Source: an uncultured bacterium (lineage in GTDB: Bacteria; Armatimonadota; Abditibacteriia; Abditibacteriales; Abditibacteriaceae). From it: a stretch of 64,000 bases of DNA. Within the stretch, counting starts at the first letter, position 1; the number at the start of each line of letters is the position of its first letter. The notes under the pieces are model-generated. The model did not search any database. It was not told the DNA's origin and saw only the letters and a list, made by a program, of their open reading frames with translations. Location of the stretch: the NCBI GenBank assembly GCA_963843795.1, contig CAWJLW010000006.1:2864375-2928374 (forward strand), read 5' to 3'. Of the stretch, positions 29,435-40,222 are shown in pieces. A program made the position numbers and the translations under genes.

Positions 29435-31618
29435 TCATTTCGGCGCGGCAATTTTCCAGATGCCGTAGCAACTGGTGGCAAACCACGCTTCACGCGTTTG
29501 CGGATGCACGCGCACCCAGTGAGCTTCGCGCCCACCATCTTTTTCCACTCCGTCCAATGGCTTTTGGCGCGTCAGGTTTTGCCACGTTTTGCCGCCATCG
29601 AGTGAACGCAAAGCCGAAGCGTTGGAAGCGAATAAATCGCGATTGGTCGCCAGATAAATGATGTCGGCATTGGTCGGATCGAGGGCGATTGAACGCACGC
29701 GCACGCCGCCCCATTGATCTTTGGGCAAATTCTCAAATTCCTGCCACTTGCTGTTCTGCAAGTACTTGCAGGCGCCATCGGAAACGATATACACGCGTTG
29801 GTTTTTCGCATCGACCGCGATGTCGTCGATGCCATCGGGCGCGCTGGCCACGATTTGCCACGTCGCGCCGCCATCACTCGAACGCACCACGTTACGCGCT
29901 TTGCCTTCGACATTTTTGACCGTCGCGCGGCCATACAAAACACCCGCGCTATCTCCATTGTAAACGGCTTCGCAATCGCTCATCGACGTCCAGTTCTGGC
30001 CGCCATCGGTCGAGCGCAAGTTGGACGCGAAAAGGATTTGCGGGTTTTTCGGGTCGCCAAAAGAAACATCGGGGCCAGCGAAAAAATGTTCGGTGTTCGT
30101 CCAAGTTTTCCCGCCATCTAGCGAAATGCGCAGGCGACGTTTGTCGCCCCAACCGTTGGAATCACCGACGAAAAACGTGCTGGCATTGGCAGCATACGCG
30201 CCGTAATCGAAGCCGCCCCAGCCTTTGCCCGAAACGTCGTAATACGACCAGGTTTTCCCGCCATCACGCGTGACCGCGCCGTTGTAATCCTGAGAACCCA
30301 CGAAGACGATATTCGGGTTCTGCTGGTTGAAATTGAAACCGCCGCCGACCAGAATCACGTTGTAACCGTTGCCCGCATACTTCCATGTTTGTCCGCCGTC
30401 GGTCGATTTGGTCGGCCAATCGCCGCCGGTCGACCACGCGATGTTAGCATTTTTTGGGTGCCACGCCCACAACGCCTGCCGTGCGTTCTGCGGCAAAAAA
30501 GCGTGGTTGCTGTCCACTTTGGATTGCTGCCAACTCGCTCCACCATCGTGGCTCCAGAAACGCGGCCACTGGTAATTTTCGCCTTGGCGCCACACGATCA
30601 AGCGCCTGGAATCGACTGGCGAAACATGGATGTTGCGCAACGGCGCGCCGGTCGCCAAAGGCTTGCTGCCCGCGAGCAGCTTCCAAGTTGCGCCGCTGTC
30701 AGTCGATTGATAAACGCCATCTTTGAGACACGCCCACACGCTGTCGGGCTCCGCTGGCGAAACATCAAGGCCCAGAATATCGCCGTCTTGCGTTTTTGTC
30801 CACGTCGCGCCCGCGTCGCTCGAACGCCACAGGCCGCGCGGGTTGGCAGCGTAAATGATATGTTTGGTGGGATGAACTTTCAAACGACTGCCGCCAAGGG
30901 TTTGGGTATCGGGCAGTTCTCGCCACGTCGCGCCGCCATCGTCGGATTTGTAAAGCGCGGGATGCACTTCGGTTTCGCCCCATTTAGCGTTGTCGTCTTC
31001 GATGCGCGACCAGTAAACCGTGCGCGTCATTTTCGCGTTTGTGTCGTAAGAATTGGGATCGAAAGCGAGTTGTTCGCGGTCGTCGGCGCTGCCACTGATT
31101 TTGGCGGGTAACACCTGATGCCATGAAGCGGCGCGGTCGATGGAAAGCCAGACGCCATGAAACTCGGACGCCACCGAATTGGCACCAATCGACAGCACGC
31201 GGTCGGAGTTATGCGGATCAATCGCCACTCCCGAGGTGCCACGCGGCGAATAACCGACGTTGCATGGTTCCCAGTTATCGCCGCCATCGAGCGAGCGAAA
31301 CAGACCGCCGACATCGCTGCCAAAAATCAGAAATTGCCCGCTGCCATCGACCGCGACAGCACGGGGCCACTGCGCGCCTTCGCCACCGGAAAAACCGGCG
31401 TCGATTTGCGCTTGCGACACCAATGGAAGCGGTTGCCACTGCGATTTTTCGCGCGTGGCCAGCGGTTCGGGCAACGGTGGCAGCGCTTTGGCCACCGCAC
31501 GGGAACCGGTTGCCTGAGTATTATCTGCAGCGCTGACCGAAAAAGTGCCCTTTCGAGCGACGATGATGCCCACTAGCGCCAGAAGCGTACAAGACGCTAA
31601 CACGAACTTCAATTTCAT
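29435..31618 (-). CDS. Secreted BNR/Asp-box beta-propeller protein (GH74/VPS10-like)
   Basis: Many S-x-D-G-G-x-T-W Asp boxes and GSDVGGLFRS. An alternative start is at 31657. Confidence 0.85.
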   Translation of the reverse strand: MKLKFVLASCTLLALVGIIVARKGTFSVSAADNTQATGSRAVAKALPPLPEPLATREKSQWQPLPLVSQAQIDAGFSGGEGAQWPRAVAVDGSGQFLIFGSDVGGLFRSLDGGDNWEPCNVGYSPRGTSGVAIDPHNSDRVLSIGANSVASEFHGVWLSIDRAASWHQVLPAKISGSADDREQLAFDPNSYDTNAKMTRTVYWSRIEDDNAKWGETEVHPALYKSDDGGATWRELPDTQTLGGSRLKVHPTKHIIYAANPRGLWRSSDAGATWTKTQDGDILGLDVSPAEPDSVWACLKDGVYQSTDSGATWKLLAGSKPLATGAPLRNIHVSPVDSRRLIVWRQGENYQWPRFWSHDGGASWQQSKVDSNHAFLPQNARQALWAWHPKNANIAWSTGGDWPTKSTDGGQTWKYAGNGYNVILVGGGFNFNQQNPNIVFVGSQDYNGAVTRDGGKTWSYYDVSGKGWGGFDYGAYAANASTFFVGDSNGWGDKRRLRISLDGGKTWTNTEHFFAGPDVSFGDPKNPQILFASNLRSTDGGQNWTSMSDCEAVYNGDSAGVLYGRATVKNVEGKARNVVRSSDGGATWQIVASAPDGIDDIAVDAKNQRVYIVSDGACKYLQNSKWQEFENLPKDQWGGVRVRSIALDPTNADIIYLATNRDLFASNASALRSLDGGKTWQNLTRQKPLDGVEKDGGREAHWVRVHPQTREAWFATSCYGIWKIAAPK

Positions 31619-31714
31619 CGAAAAAGTCTCTTGGGAACGACGCGGATATTTGTTCATATTCGTGGTATCAGAGCGTTTCGATAACCGAAAAGGCTGGCGG
31701 TTTCGTAGCAGTTC

Positions 31715-31918
31715 TCAATGAGTTGTGGCCTGATAACCTTCTTCTTCCACGGCTGCAATCAACGCTTGCACATCGACGCCATCATGCTCGATTTTGGCAC
31801 TTTGCTGTTGCAAATCGACCTCGCTTGCGATCACTCCGGGCACGGCTTGCAAAGCTTTAGTGACGTGCATCACGCAATTCTGGCAAGTCATGCCGCCGAT
31901 ATTCAGTTGTGTTGTCAT
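31715..31918 (-). CDS. Heavy-metal-associated (CopZ-like) chaperone
   Basis: GMTCQNC motif, 67 aa, GGAG RBS. Confidence 0.9.
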   Translation of the reverse strand: MTTQLNIGGMTCQNCVMHVTKALQAVPGVIASEVDLQQQSAKIEHDGVDVQALIAAVEEEGYQATTH

Positions 31919-32036
31919 GAGTTTGTCTCCCGAAATAAAAACTTGGCATAAAGTGTAACGAAAAAACCCGCAAGTACTTGCAGCGCGTGCAAACGCTTGC
32001 GGGCCAGATTTTGCTCTTCGCCGACCGATCAATGCC

Positions 32037-32849
32037 TCAGTGACCTTCGCCATTGCGCTGAGCGCGCTGAGAGTCTTGGTCGATGTCGTCAACGGAATCC
32101 ACCAGTGCGCCGGATAAATTGGCACTCAGCTGAGCCATGCTTTCCTGCTTGTGATGATCGGGCGGAACGGCGCGATTTTCTTCATGAGCTTCGCGCGCCA
32201 GAGGTCGCATCTGGCCGGTTTCGACGTAGTAAATATTTTCCACGATATTGGTCGCGTGATCGGCCACGCGCTCTAGCATTCGCGCGACCAAAAGCAGTTG
32301 CGTCGCTTGTTCGACCAGGCTGGCGTCTTCGCGCATTTTGTCCATCAATTCGGCTTGCAAGCGGTCGCACAAATCATCGACTGCGTCGTCATCGGCTGCG
32401 ACTTGCAACGCGATGTCGGTGTCGTGATTGATGAAGGCTTGCAGGCTGTCGCCAACCATTTTGCGCGCCAGTTCGCCCAGTTGCGGAATATCGACCAGAG
32501 GTTTAAAAAATGACTGGCCCGCCAGACGACGCGTGATGCGCGCGATGCCGCAGGCGTGATCGCCGATGCGTTCTAAATCGACCACGATGCGCATCGAAGC
32601 GCCAACAAAACGCAGATCGCGCGCCATCGGCTGTTGCAAAGCCAGCAGTTGCATGGTGCGCGTTTGGATGCCGAAAGTCATCTCATCGGCGAAATCATCG
32701 TCGCTCACGACTTGCTTGGCCAAGGGCAAATCCTGACGCACCAAGGCATCCATCGACTTGCCGAGCGCTTCTTCGACAAAGCGGCCCAAGCGCAGCATAT
32801 CGTTTTGCAGTTCGGATAATTGTTCTTCAAAAGTGCGGCGAATAATCAT
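32037..32849 (-). CDS. phoU: Phosphate signalling protein PhoU
   Basis: LALQQPMARDLR, DLERIGDHA, LERVADHATNI. Confidence 0.95.
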   Translation of the reverse strand: MIIRRTFEEQLSELQNDMLRLGRFVEEALGKSMDALVRQDLPLAKQVVSDDDFADEMTFGIQTRTMQLLALQQPMARDLRFVGASMRIVVDLERIGDHACGIARITRRLAGQSFFKPLVDIPQLGELARKMVGDSLQAFINHDTDIALQVAADDDAVDDLCDRLQAELMDKMREDASLVEQATQLLLVARMLERVADHATNIVENIYYVETGQMRPLAREAHEENRAVPPDHHKQESMAQLSANLSGALVDSVDDIDQDSQRAQRNGEGH

Positions 32850-32990
32850 TAGGTCACTCCGTTCGAAAGGGGACAATTGAGAGTGAAGAAGGAAATTGTG
32901 AGAAAAGACTGTGTCTAAAACTTTTCTTGCCTGCAAGTACTTGCAACGCGCTTTCTCCCCCATTCAATTCTCATCTCTCCCTCTTGGCCA

Positions 32991-33908
32991 TTAGCCAAAT
33001 CTGCCCGTGATGTAATCTTCGGTGCGCTTGTCGGTTGGGTCGGTGAAAATTTTGGAACTGGCGTCCATTTCGATCATTTCGCCCAGCAAAAAGAAGCCGG
33101 TAAAATCGCTGCATCGCGCGGCTTGTTGCATATTGTGCGTCACGATAACTAAGGTGTATTGCTGGCGCAATTCGCGCATCAGTTCTTCAATTTTCAAGGT
33201 CGAAATCGGGTCGAGAGCCGAACACGGTTCGTCCATCAAAACCACTTCGGGGCGCGTCGCCAGCGCGCGCGCGATGCACAAACGCTGTTGCTGTCCGCCG
33301 GAAAGCGAAAGCGCCGATTTCTTCAAATCGTCTTTCACTTCGCCCCACAACGCCGAGCCTTTCAAGCTATCTTCGACTAGATGATCGAGTTCCTCGCGAC
33401 GACGAATGCCGCGCAGACGCGGGCCATAAGCGATGTTGTCGAAAATCGACATCGGAAACGGATTCGGCTTTTGAAACACCATGCCGACGCGCTGGCGCAA
33501 ACCGACCACATCAATGCCGCGCTGATAAATATTCTGATTATCGAGAGTGACTTCGCCTTGAATTTTGCAGTTTTCGATCAGATCGTTCATGCGATTGAGG
33601 CAGCGCAAAAAAGTGCTTTTGCCACAACCGGACGGGCCGATCAATGCAGTGATAGCGTGCTCGGCGATGGGCGCGTTGATACCTTTGAGCGCGTGCTTGG
33701 TGCCATAATGCAAATTCAAGTCGCGCGCCTGCATTTTAGAAGGGCGCGAATTCATTTCCAGCATTTCGGTGTCGATGGCGGGCGTCGCCATCGCGCGCGG
33801 CGCGGCAGTGGCGTGATTAACAATCGCACCGACTGGCTTTTCTGAAACGGATGCGCCATTATTGGGCTGAACCTCAAGGGACGGAGCGGCGGGAAAGGGT
33901 GTGGGCAT
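32991..33908 (-). CDS. pstB: Phosphate ABC transporter ATPase
   Basis: [40 protein letters not shown]. Confidence 0.97.
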   Translation of the reverse strand: MPTPFPAAPSLEVQPNNGASVSEKPVGAIVNHATAAPRAMATPAIDTEMLEMNSRPSKMQARDLNLHYGTKHALKGINAPIAEHAITALIGPSGCGKSTFLRCLNRMNDLIENCKIQGEVTLDNQNIYQRGIDVVGLRQRVGMVFQKPNPFPMSIFDNIAYGPRLRGIRRREELDHLVEDSLKGSALWGEVKDDLKKSALSLSGGQQQRLCIARALATRPEVVLMDEPCSALDPISTLKIEELMRELRQQYTLVIVTHNMQQAARCSDFTGFFLLGEMIEMDASSKIFTDPTDKRTEDYITGRFG

Positions 33909-34050
33909 AAGCGTCCTCCAGATTTACCGGACGAAAATTGAGAAATCGACTTGCAAGTACTTGCAATAAATTTTAAGCGACTGAAATCGCTGACAGCGTA
34001 CAGCTGACAGCGTACATTCGATGCAGCAATTACTTGCTGCGCTAAGAAGT

Positions 34051-34955
34051 TTATTTCGATGACAGGTTGCGCGTTGCGTAGCGCGAAGCCAAGCTCAGCA
34101 CAAAGACAATACCGACCAAAACCAGCGCGCCGCCCCACGCCAGGGCGTTCCAGCGATCATCGGCGGCGGTAGCGAAATTAAAAATCGTGACCGGCAGTGA
34201 AGCCATCGGTTCATTGGGATTCAAGCTGTAATAATTGTTGCCCAGAGCGGTGAACAACAAGGGCGCAGTTTCGCCCGCGATGCGCGCAATTGCCAGCAAA
34301 ATGCCGGTGATCACGCCGCCGCGCGCCGAACTCAAGACGATTTTGAACATCGTGCTGCCAGCGCGTCGCGCCCAGTGCCAGCGAAGCATCGCGCAACGAA
34401 ACCGGCACCAAACGCACGATTTCTTCGGTCGTGCGCATCACGGTCGGAATCATCATCAAGCCCAGCGCAAGGCCGCCAGCATAGGCCGAAAAGTGGGGCG
34501 GATTTAAGCGGCAAAACCGCAATTGCATACACGAAAATGCCGATCACAATCGAAGGCACGCCGTTCAGTACATCGGCGGAGAAACGAATCCACCAGCCCA
34601 ATTTGTTGTTACCGAACTCGGCCAGATAAATGCCGCCCAGAACGCCAAAAGGCAAGCCAATTAAGGAAGCCAAGCCAATCAGCATCAAAGTTCCGGCGAT
34701 GGAATGTTTCATGCCGCCGCCGTCGGACATCGGCGGCGGTTGCACCTGCGTAAAAAAGCCCGTGCCCAGCACTTTAACGCCCTGAATCGTGACGTAATAC
34801 AAAACCAGCGCGAGCGGAATAATTGCCAGCGTAGTAGCCGTAACCGCACCGATCCACATCAGAGCATTAGCCAATTTACGACGCGGCGCGAGGCCCGTGT
34901 TGGGCGCGACGAGCGGGCGCGTCGGGACGGGAGTGGGAGAAGCAGCGACGTTCAT
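34051..34955 (-). CDS. pstA: Phosphate ABC permease PstA, two apparent frameshifts (~34495, ~34355)
   Basis: Pieces GGIYLAEF/GVPSIVIG, MRTTEE..ALGATRW and ARIAGETAPLL lie in three successive ORFs. Confidence 0.9.
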
Positions 34956-35981
34956 TCGCGGGAGGCTCCTTTCATGCTGCGCGCCATGTTCCACAACAAC
35001 AGGCGCGCCAGTGCGTTGACAATAATCGTGATCGCGAACAAGACGAGCGCGACGTACATCAGCGCGGGCAACTGCGGCCCGCTAGCTTCGGCGAACTGGT
35101 TGGCCAAAGCGCTCGCCAAGGTATTGCCGGGCGCGAACAGCGACCACGAGGCTTCATTGCCGTTGCCGATAACCATCGTGACCGCCATGGTTTCGCCCAA
35201 AGCGCGCGCCAAGTCCTAAGATAATCGCGCCCATAATGCCCGAACGCGCATAACGTAAAATCGGGCCACTAATCGCTTCCCAGTGCGTCGCGCCCAAGCC
35301 GAAGGCGGCTTCGCGCTGCGATGGCGGCACGGCCTTAATCACTTCGCGCGAAACGGCAGTGATAAACGGCAAAATCATGATGGCCAAAATCAGCGCGCCC
35401 GCCATCATGGAAAGTCCAGTTGCCGGACCATTGAAAAATGGCAGCCAGCCGAAATGTGCGCCCAGCCACACTTGGAACGGCCGCAAAACGGGAATCAAGA
35501 CGAAAATTCCCCACAAACCGTAAACCACAGAGGGCACAGCGGCCAGCAATTCGACCAAAAACGCGACTGGCGTGCGCATCCATTTGGGCGCAAGTTCGGT
35601 TAGAAATATCGCCGTGCCAATCGCAACAGGAACCGCCAGCAAAAGCGCCAAAAAGGACGACACCAATGTGCCAAAGATGAAAGGCCACGCGCCGTAAACA
35701 TCGTTGACCGGATCCCACGTCGAGCGCGTGACAAAGCCCAATCCAAACTGGCGAATCGAAGGAATTGAATCGCGGAAAAGCTGGTAAAAAATCAGCGCGC
35801 ACACGACGAGCACGCTGAGCGCGAAGCCCATCGTGCCCCAGTGAAAAATGCCGTCGCCAAGATTGTTGGTGCGACCACCCGACAAAGACGGGCGTTCGCC
35901 AGGACGATTGGGATCGCCAAGGGGATTATCGCCAGTCGGCGGGTGCGGAATGGTTAAAGGAGCAGCGGGATCAACGGCCAT
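34952..35981 (-). CDS. pstC: Phosphate ABC permease PstC, apparent frameshift at ~35210
   Basis: ELLAAVPSVVYGLWG, then RALGETMAVTMVIGN in the next frame. One extra G at CTT-G-GCG-CGC. Confidence 0.92.
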
Positions 35982-36060
35982 AAGTCAAAGTATGAAAGCG
36001 AAATTACGTCGCAAGTACTTGCGGCATCCAAGAAACCGCCGCAAGTACTTGCAGTGTAAT

Positions 36061-37185
36061 TTATTGAATTTCAGCAAGCGTTTTTTTATTCATTTCAACC
36101 AGTTCGGCGGGCAGAGGCGCGTAGAATAATTTCTTCGCCATTTCTTGTCCGTCGGTCACGGCCCACTCCAAAAACGTGGTCAGCGCTTTGGCTTTGTCAG
36201 CGTTGGCGTTTTTCTTATAGGCCAGAATGTAAGTGAAAGCCGCAATCGGATAAGCGTCTTCGCCCGCCGAATTCATAATCGGTGCGCGCACGTCTTTTTT
36301 CAGTTCAGGAATCGCACCAGCTGCGGCTGCGGTAATTGAATCGACGCTTGGTACGATGAACTTGCCCGCTTTGTTTTTCAACGCCACAACCGGCAACTTG
36401 TTCTGCTCGGCATACGCCAGTTCAACGTAACCCAGACCGCCTGGTTGCTGCTTAACAACGCCCGCCACGCCCGAATTGCCTTTGCCGCCGATGCCGACCG
36501 GCCAATCGACCGATTTGCCCGCGCCGACTTTAGTTTTCCATTCCGAGCTGATTTCCGCGAGATAAGACGTGAACACGAAACTCGTGCCGCTGCCATCGCT
36601 GCGACGCGCCACCGTGATCGCTTGGTCGGGCAAATTCACACCGGCATTATCGGCGGTGATTTTCGGATCGTTCCACTTCTTGATTTTACCCAGATAAATA
36701 TCGGCCAGAGTTTCGCCACTCATCTTCAAACCGGTCGGCACGCCGTCCAAGTTATAAGCCAAAACCACCGCGCCAGCGACGGTCGGAATATGCACGACTT
36801 CGTTGTTCAAAGCTTCGTCGTCTTTAAGCGGCGCATCGCTGGCCCCGAAGTCCACGGTTTTCGCAGTCAATTGTTTGATGCCCGCGCCACTGCCGACCGA
36901 CTGATAATTGATTTCGACGTTTTTATCTTTCTTATAAGTGTCGAACCACTGCGCGTAAATTGGATAGGGAAAAGTCGCGCCCGCACCGGTCAGTTTGTCG
37001 GCACCACCCGCGCTCGCTATCTGTTGGCCGCCACCGCTCGCACCCGTCGATGCGCTGTTATCGGCGGTCGGAGCTTCGCCACCACCACAACCGGCGATCA
37101 AACCGCCGCCCAATAAGATTAAAGCGCTCGTGGCGCCGATAAATTTACGTCGTGTCGTTTTCTGATTGTGATTATCGAATTGCAT
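36061..37185 (-). CDS. pstS: Phosphate-binding protein PstS (twin-arginine lipoprotein)
   Basis: TRRKFIG signal with LIAGC lipobox, GAGATFPYP, RRSDGSGTS, GYVELAYA. Confidence 0.95.
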   Translation of the reverse strand: MQFDNHNQKTTRRKFIGATSALILLGGGLIAGCGGGEAPTADNSASTGASGGGQQIASAGGADKLTGAGATFPYPIYAQWFDTYKKDKNVEINYQSVGSGAGIKQLTAKTVDFGASDAPLKDDEALNNEVVHIPTVAGAVVLAYNLDGVPTGLKMSGETLADIYLGKIKKWNDPKITADNAGVNLPDQAITVARRSDGSGTSFVFTSYLAEISSEWKTKVGAGKSVDWPVGIGGKGNSGVAGVVKQQPGGLGYVELAYAEQNKLPVVALKNKAGKFIVPSVDSITAAAAGAIPELKKDVRAPIMNSAGEDAYPIAAFTYILAYKKNANADKAKALTTFLEWAVTDGQEMAKKLFYAPLPAELVEMNKKTLAEIQ

Positions 37186-37239
37186 AGTTTTAATTTTCTC
37201 CACCCGTTTTCAAATACAAACCGAAGTATGGAGAGAGAA

Positions 37240-37258
37240 ATGTTAAGAGTTTTTTAAC
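37240..37258 (-). promoter_or_regulatory. Pho-box-like 11-bp-period direct repeat
   Basis: Minus strand GTTAAAAA-act-CTTAACAT upstream of the lipoprotein pstS. Confidence 0.5.
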
Positions 37259-37296
37259 CTGTTCTCAAATCCACTTCATACACTTATTCAAACGAC

Positions 37297-37340
37297 AAAA
37301 CGCGCTGCAAGTACTTGCGCAAGTACTTGCAGCGCGTTTT
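37297..37340. repeat. 44-bp palindrome made of two tandem cores
   Basis: AAAACGCGCT-GCAAGTACTTGC-GCAAGTACTTGC-AGCGCGTTTT. Confidence 0.95.
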
Positions 37341-37355
37341 CTTTGCCAAACACGG

Positions 37356-38393
37356 TTAACGCACGGTTTTCAGGCTTTTTTGATTGGTCGAAACTACCGA
37401 TTTAGGCAGCGGCGCATACAACAGGGGGCTGGCCATGCTCTGTCCGGCACCCATTGCCCAGTTGATGAAACGCGTCAGTTCGCGACCTTTGACCTTGTCG
37501 CGCTGATTGCGATAGACCAACAGATAAGTCATGCCAGAAATCGGATAGGCTTTGGCGCCCGGCGCGTTCACGATCAACGCACGCACATCTTTTTGCACCG
37601 CTTTGGACGAGCCAGCAATCGCCGCTGTTGTTGAAGCGATGCTCGGTGCCACAAACGCGCCCGACCGATTGCGCACAACCGCATAATTCACTTTGTTCTG
37701 CACCGCATAAGCCAGCTCGACGTAACCGATAGCGCCCGGCGTCTGGCGAATGATGCCCGCAACGCCCGCGTTGCCTTTGCCACCCAGACCGACCGGCCAA
37801 TTGACCGATTTTCCCGCGCCGACTTTCTGGCTCCACGTCGAATTTACCGCTTTGAGATAGTTGGTGAAAATGTATGTCGTTCCGCTGCCATCGCTGCGCC
37901 GCGCGACCGTCACGCGCAAGTTCGGCAGCTTTTTGGCCGGATTGATTTTGGCGATGCGCGGATCGTTCCATGTCTTGATTTGCCCCAGATAAATCTGCGC
38001 AATCGCATCGGCTGTCAAGCGCAAACCGCCGCCCACACCGGGCAAGTTGTAAGCCAGAACGACCGCACCGGCAACCGTCGGAATCTGCGCGACCGAACCT
38101 GGCATCGCCTTAAGGTCTTCGTTGCTCAAAGGCGCATCGCTGGCACCAAAATCCACTGTTCCGGCTTTCAATTGTTTGATGCCCGCGCCGCTGCCGACCG
38201 GCTGATAGTTAATCTGTGTGCCAGTCGCTTTGTTGTAGGCATCGAACCAGCGCGAATAAAGCGGATACGGGAACGTCGCGCCCGCGCCGGTCAAATTGAC
38301 TGCGCTGGCTTTGGCCATTGGCAACAACGCCAGCGCGCCCAAAGCGATAAATCCCAGACCATTTTGTGACAATTTAGGTGTTTTGATTTGCAT
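37356..38393 (-). CDS. pstS: Second phosphate-binding protein PstS (non-lipoprotein signal)
   Basis: AxA signal, GAGATFPYP, RRSDGSGTT, GYVELAYA. AAGGAG RBS. Confidence 0.95.
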   Translation of the reverse strand: MQIKTPKLSQNGLGFIALGALALLPMAKASAVNLTGAGATFPYPLYSRWFDAYNKATGTQINYQPVGSGAGIKQLKAGTVDFGASDAPLSNEDLKAMPGSVAQIPTVAGAVVLAYNLPGVGGGLRLTADAIAQIYLGQIKTWNDPRIAKINPAKKLPNLRVTVARRSDGSGTTYIFTNYLKAVNSTWSQKVGAGKSVNWPVGLGGKGNAGVAGIIRQTPGAIGYVELAYAVQNKVNYAVVRNRSGAFVAPSIASTTAAIAGSSKAVQKDVRALIVNAPGAKAYPISGMTYLLVYRNQRDKVKGRELTRFINWAMGAGQSMASPLLYAPLPKSVVSTNQKSLKTVR

Positions 38394-38438
38394 CGAAATA
38401 TTCTCCTTGAAATGAACCATCAAGAAGATAAGTCGCGC

Positions 38439-38479
38439 AGATTAACCAATCTCTAAAATTAGATTAAGAACAGGTGAAA
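38439..38479 (-). promoter_or_regulatory. Pho-box-like array of four 11-bp-period repeats
   Basis: Minus strand TTTCACCT-gtt-CTTAATCT-aat-TTTAGAGA-ttg-GTTAATCT upstream of the pst operon. Confidence 0.6.
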
Positions 38480-38538
38480 GCCCCGAATTTACGCCAGCAA
38501 GTACTTGCCGCGCCAGCAATTAGCGTCAAAATGAAGCT

Positions 38539-38743
38539 ATGAAGAATTTCAACATTTGCCCCAAATGCAATTCGCAGGACATTTTACGCCTCAGCCGACA
38601 AAAGCCAAGGCGATATGGTTCTTACCAACAGAACAATGTTTGGAGCCGTTTATCTCACACGTTTTGTGTGCGGGAATTGCGGTTATTCCGAGCAGTGGCT
38701 TGACTCGCGCGAAGACATCGAGAAGCTACGTAAACGTCATTAG
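38539..38743 (+). CDS. Small zinc-ribbon protein with an apparent frameshift at ~38590
   Basis: MKNFNICPKCNSQDILR, then after a shift FGAVYLTRFVCGNCGYSEQWLDSREDIEKLRKRH*. Two CxxC motifs; span is 3n+1. Confidence 0.65.
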
Positions 38744-38829
38744 CTCATCAAAGCGATTACCGAATGGCGAAAGCAGTTTGCAAGTACTTGCAGCAACAAT
38801 TTCTACACCCAAAAGGTTACAATGACATT

Positions 38830-40015
38830 ATGAAATTTCTCCATTCATCGCTTATTATCTGCGCAGTGGTTTCCTGTTTCAGCCTGGGCGCACCCGCGCG
38901 CAGCGATGCGCTCGAAACTTCTCCTCTGGCCGCACAAATCATGGAATTGCAAGAGAAAATGATAGCGCAGCCGACGGCCAAAGAGCGCGTTTTCTACATC
39001 ACCAGCGATCATCACGATGATGTTCTCAAGCGAGCGCTCAAAAGTGGACAAAACCAATTTCGCGGCGATGCGCGCAGCCAGTGCGCTTTATCGACAAATG
39101 GCAGCCGAATATTACGCGCAGGAAATTCGTACGCCCGGCATCGAAGCCGAAGTCATGGCGAATTTATACGATTCTTTGGCCGTTTTGCATCATCCTGAAA
39201 CCGATGCTGCCAAAACCGCACAGGCCGCACTGGATACAGCGGTAGACAAAATGTTGCTGCAAACCAAAAGTGATATGAAGCTGCCGCGCCCGATTTCACG
39301 AGGGCCCAAGAATGGAAAGACGATGGCAACAAACAAAGCAGCAAAGGACGTTTGTGGCTCGCGCTGCAACGCTTTCAAAAAGCGCTCGAAGTCGATCCCA
39401 AATTCGCCGACGCACAAAACAACCTCGGCTCGATTTATCAAACGCTTAACGATTTGCCGCGCGCCAATGCAGCTTTTCACAAAACCATCGCGCTTGATCC
39501 GCAGCATCGCGTCGCGTATTATCAATTTGGCCAACTCTTATCATACAAGCAGGCTTCGATAAGGAAGCGCTGAACAGCGCCGATGAAGCGCTGCAATTTG
39601 CCGACTCGCCCGCAGTGAAAATTGATGTTTTGAAATCGCGCGCGCGAAATTCGTTTGGCATTAAACGATCATGCGGGCGCGATGGCAGATTGGCGCGCAC
39701 AAATCGAACTCGATCCGAAAAATCGCAAAATGGGCTTGGTCATGGGCAAATATTGGTATGATGGCGCTGGCTGATGCTGATATAAAAACCGCGCAGAACG
39801 CTTTCAAACAACAGTGTCGATGCTGGTGCCGCTCGCCGATATGTTTCAAACTTTATACGCGATGGCACTCAACGCTTTTGATTTGCAAATCGCAGCCGAT
39901 TTGCGCGGAGTAAAAATCGCCGATTTGCCGCTGAACACGACAAAACGACGCTGGGGCCATTTGCGCGCAAGCAGTTGAAAACTGTGGAGCCAATTTTAGG
40001 CGCTTATCGCATTGA
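38830..40015 (+). pseudogene. Secreted TPR protein broken by several frameshifts (pseudogene or assembly error)
   Basis: Signal peptide MKFLHSS.. and TPR text FQKALEVDPKFADAQNNLGSIY.. spread over four or more frame segments. End approximate. Confidence 0.6.
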
Positions 40016-40222
40016 GCGCAGATTTGCTCGAGATATTGGGACGAGACGATTCCCAATTCCGCGTTTATCAAAACCCGAAAACGCGCCGCTGTTTCCGTCG
40101 CTGCCAGAGCGTTTTAAATGCGCTGACGCCGCGCCCGCTGATTGAAATAAAATTGAGAAAGGCGCACAGCAAGAAAGCGCGCTGCCTTTGTGATTGCTGG
40201 CGCGACTTGTCATGTGTAGGCT

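Noticed and set aside
34051..35981. pstA/pstC as true pseudogenes or programmed frameshifts
   Set aside because: No slippery sites or accumulated decay, and the same single-base insertion pattern affects unrelated genes, pointing to assembly error.
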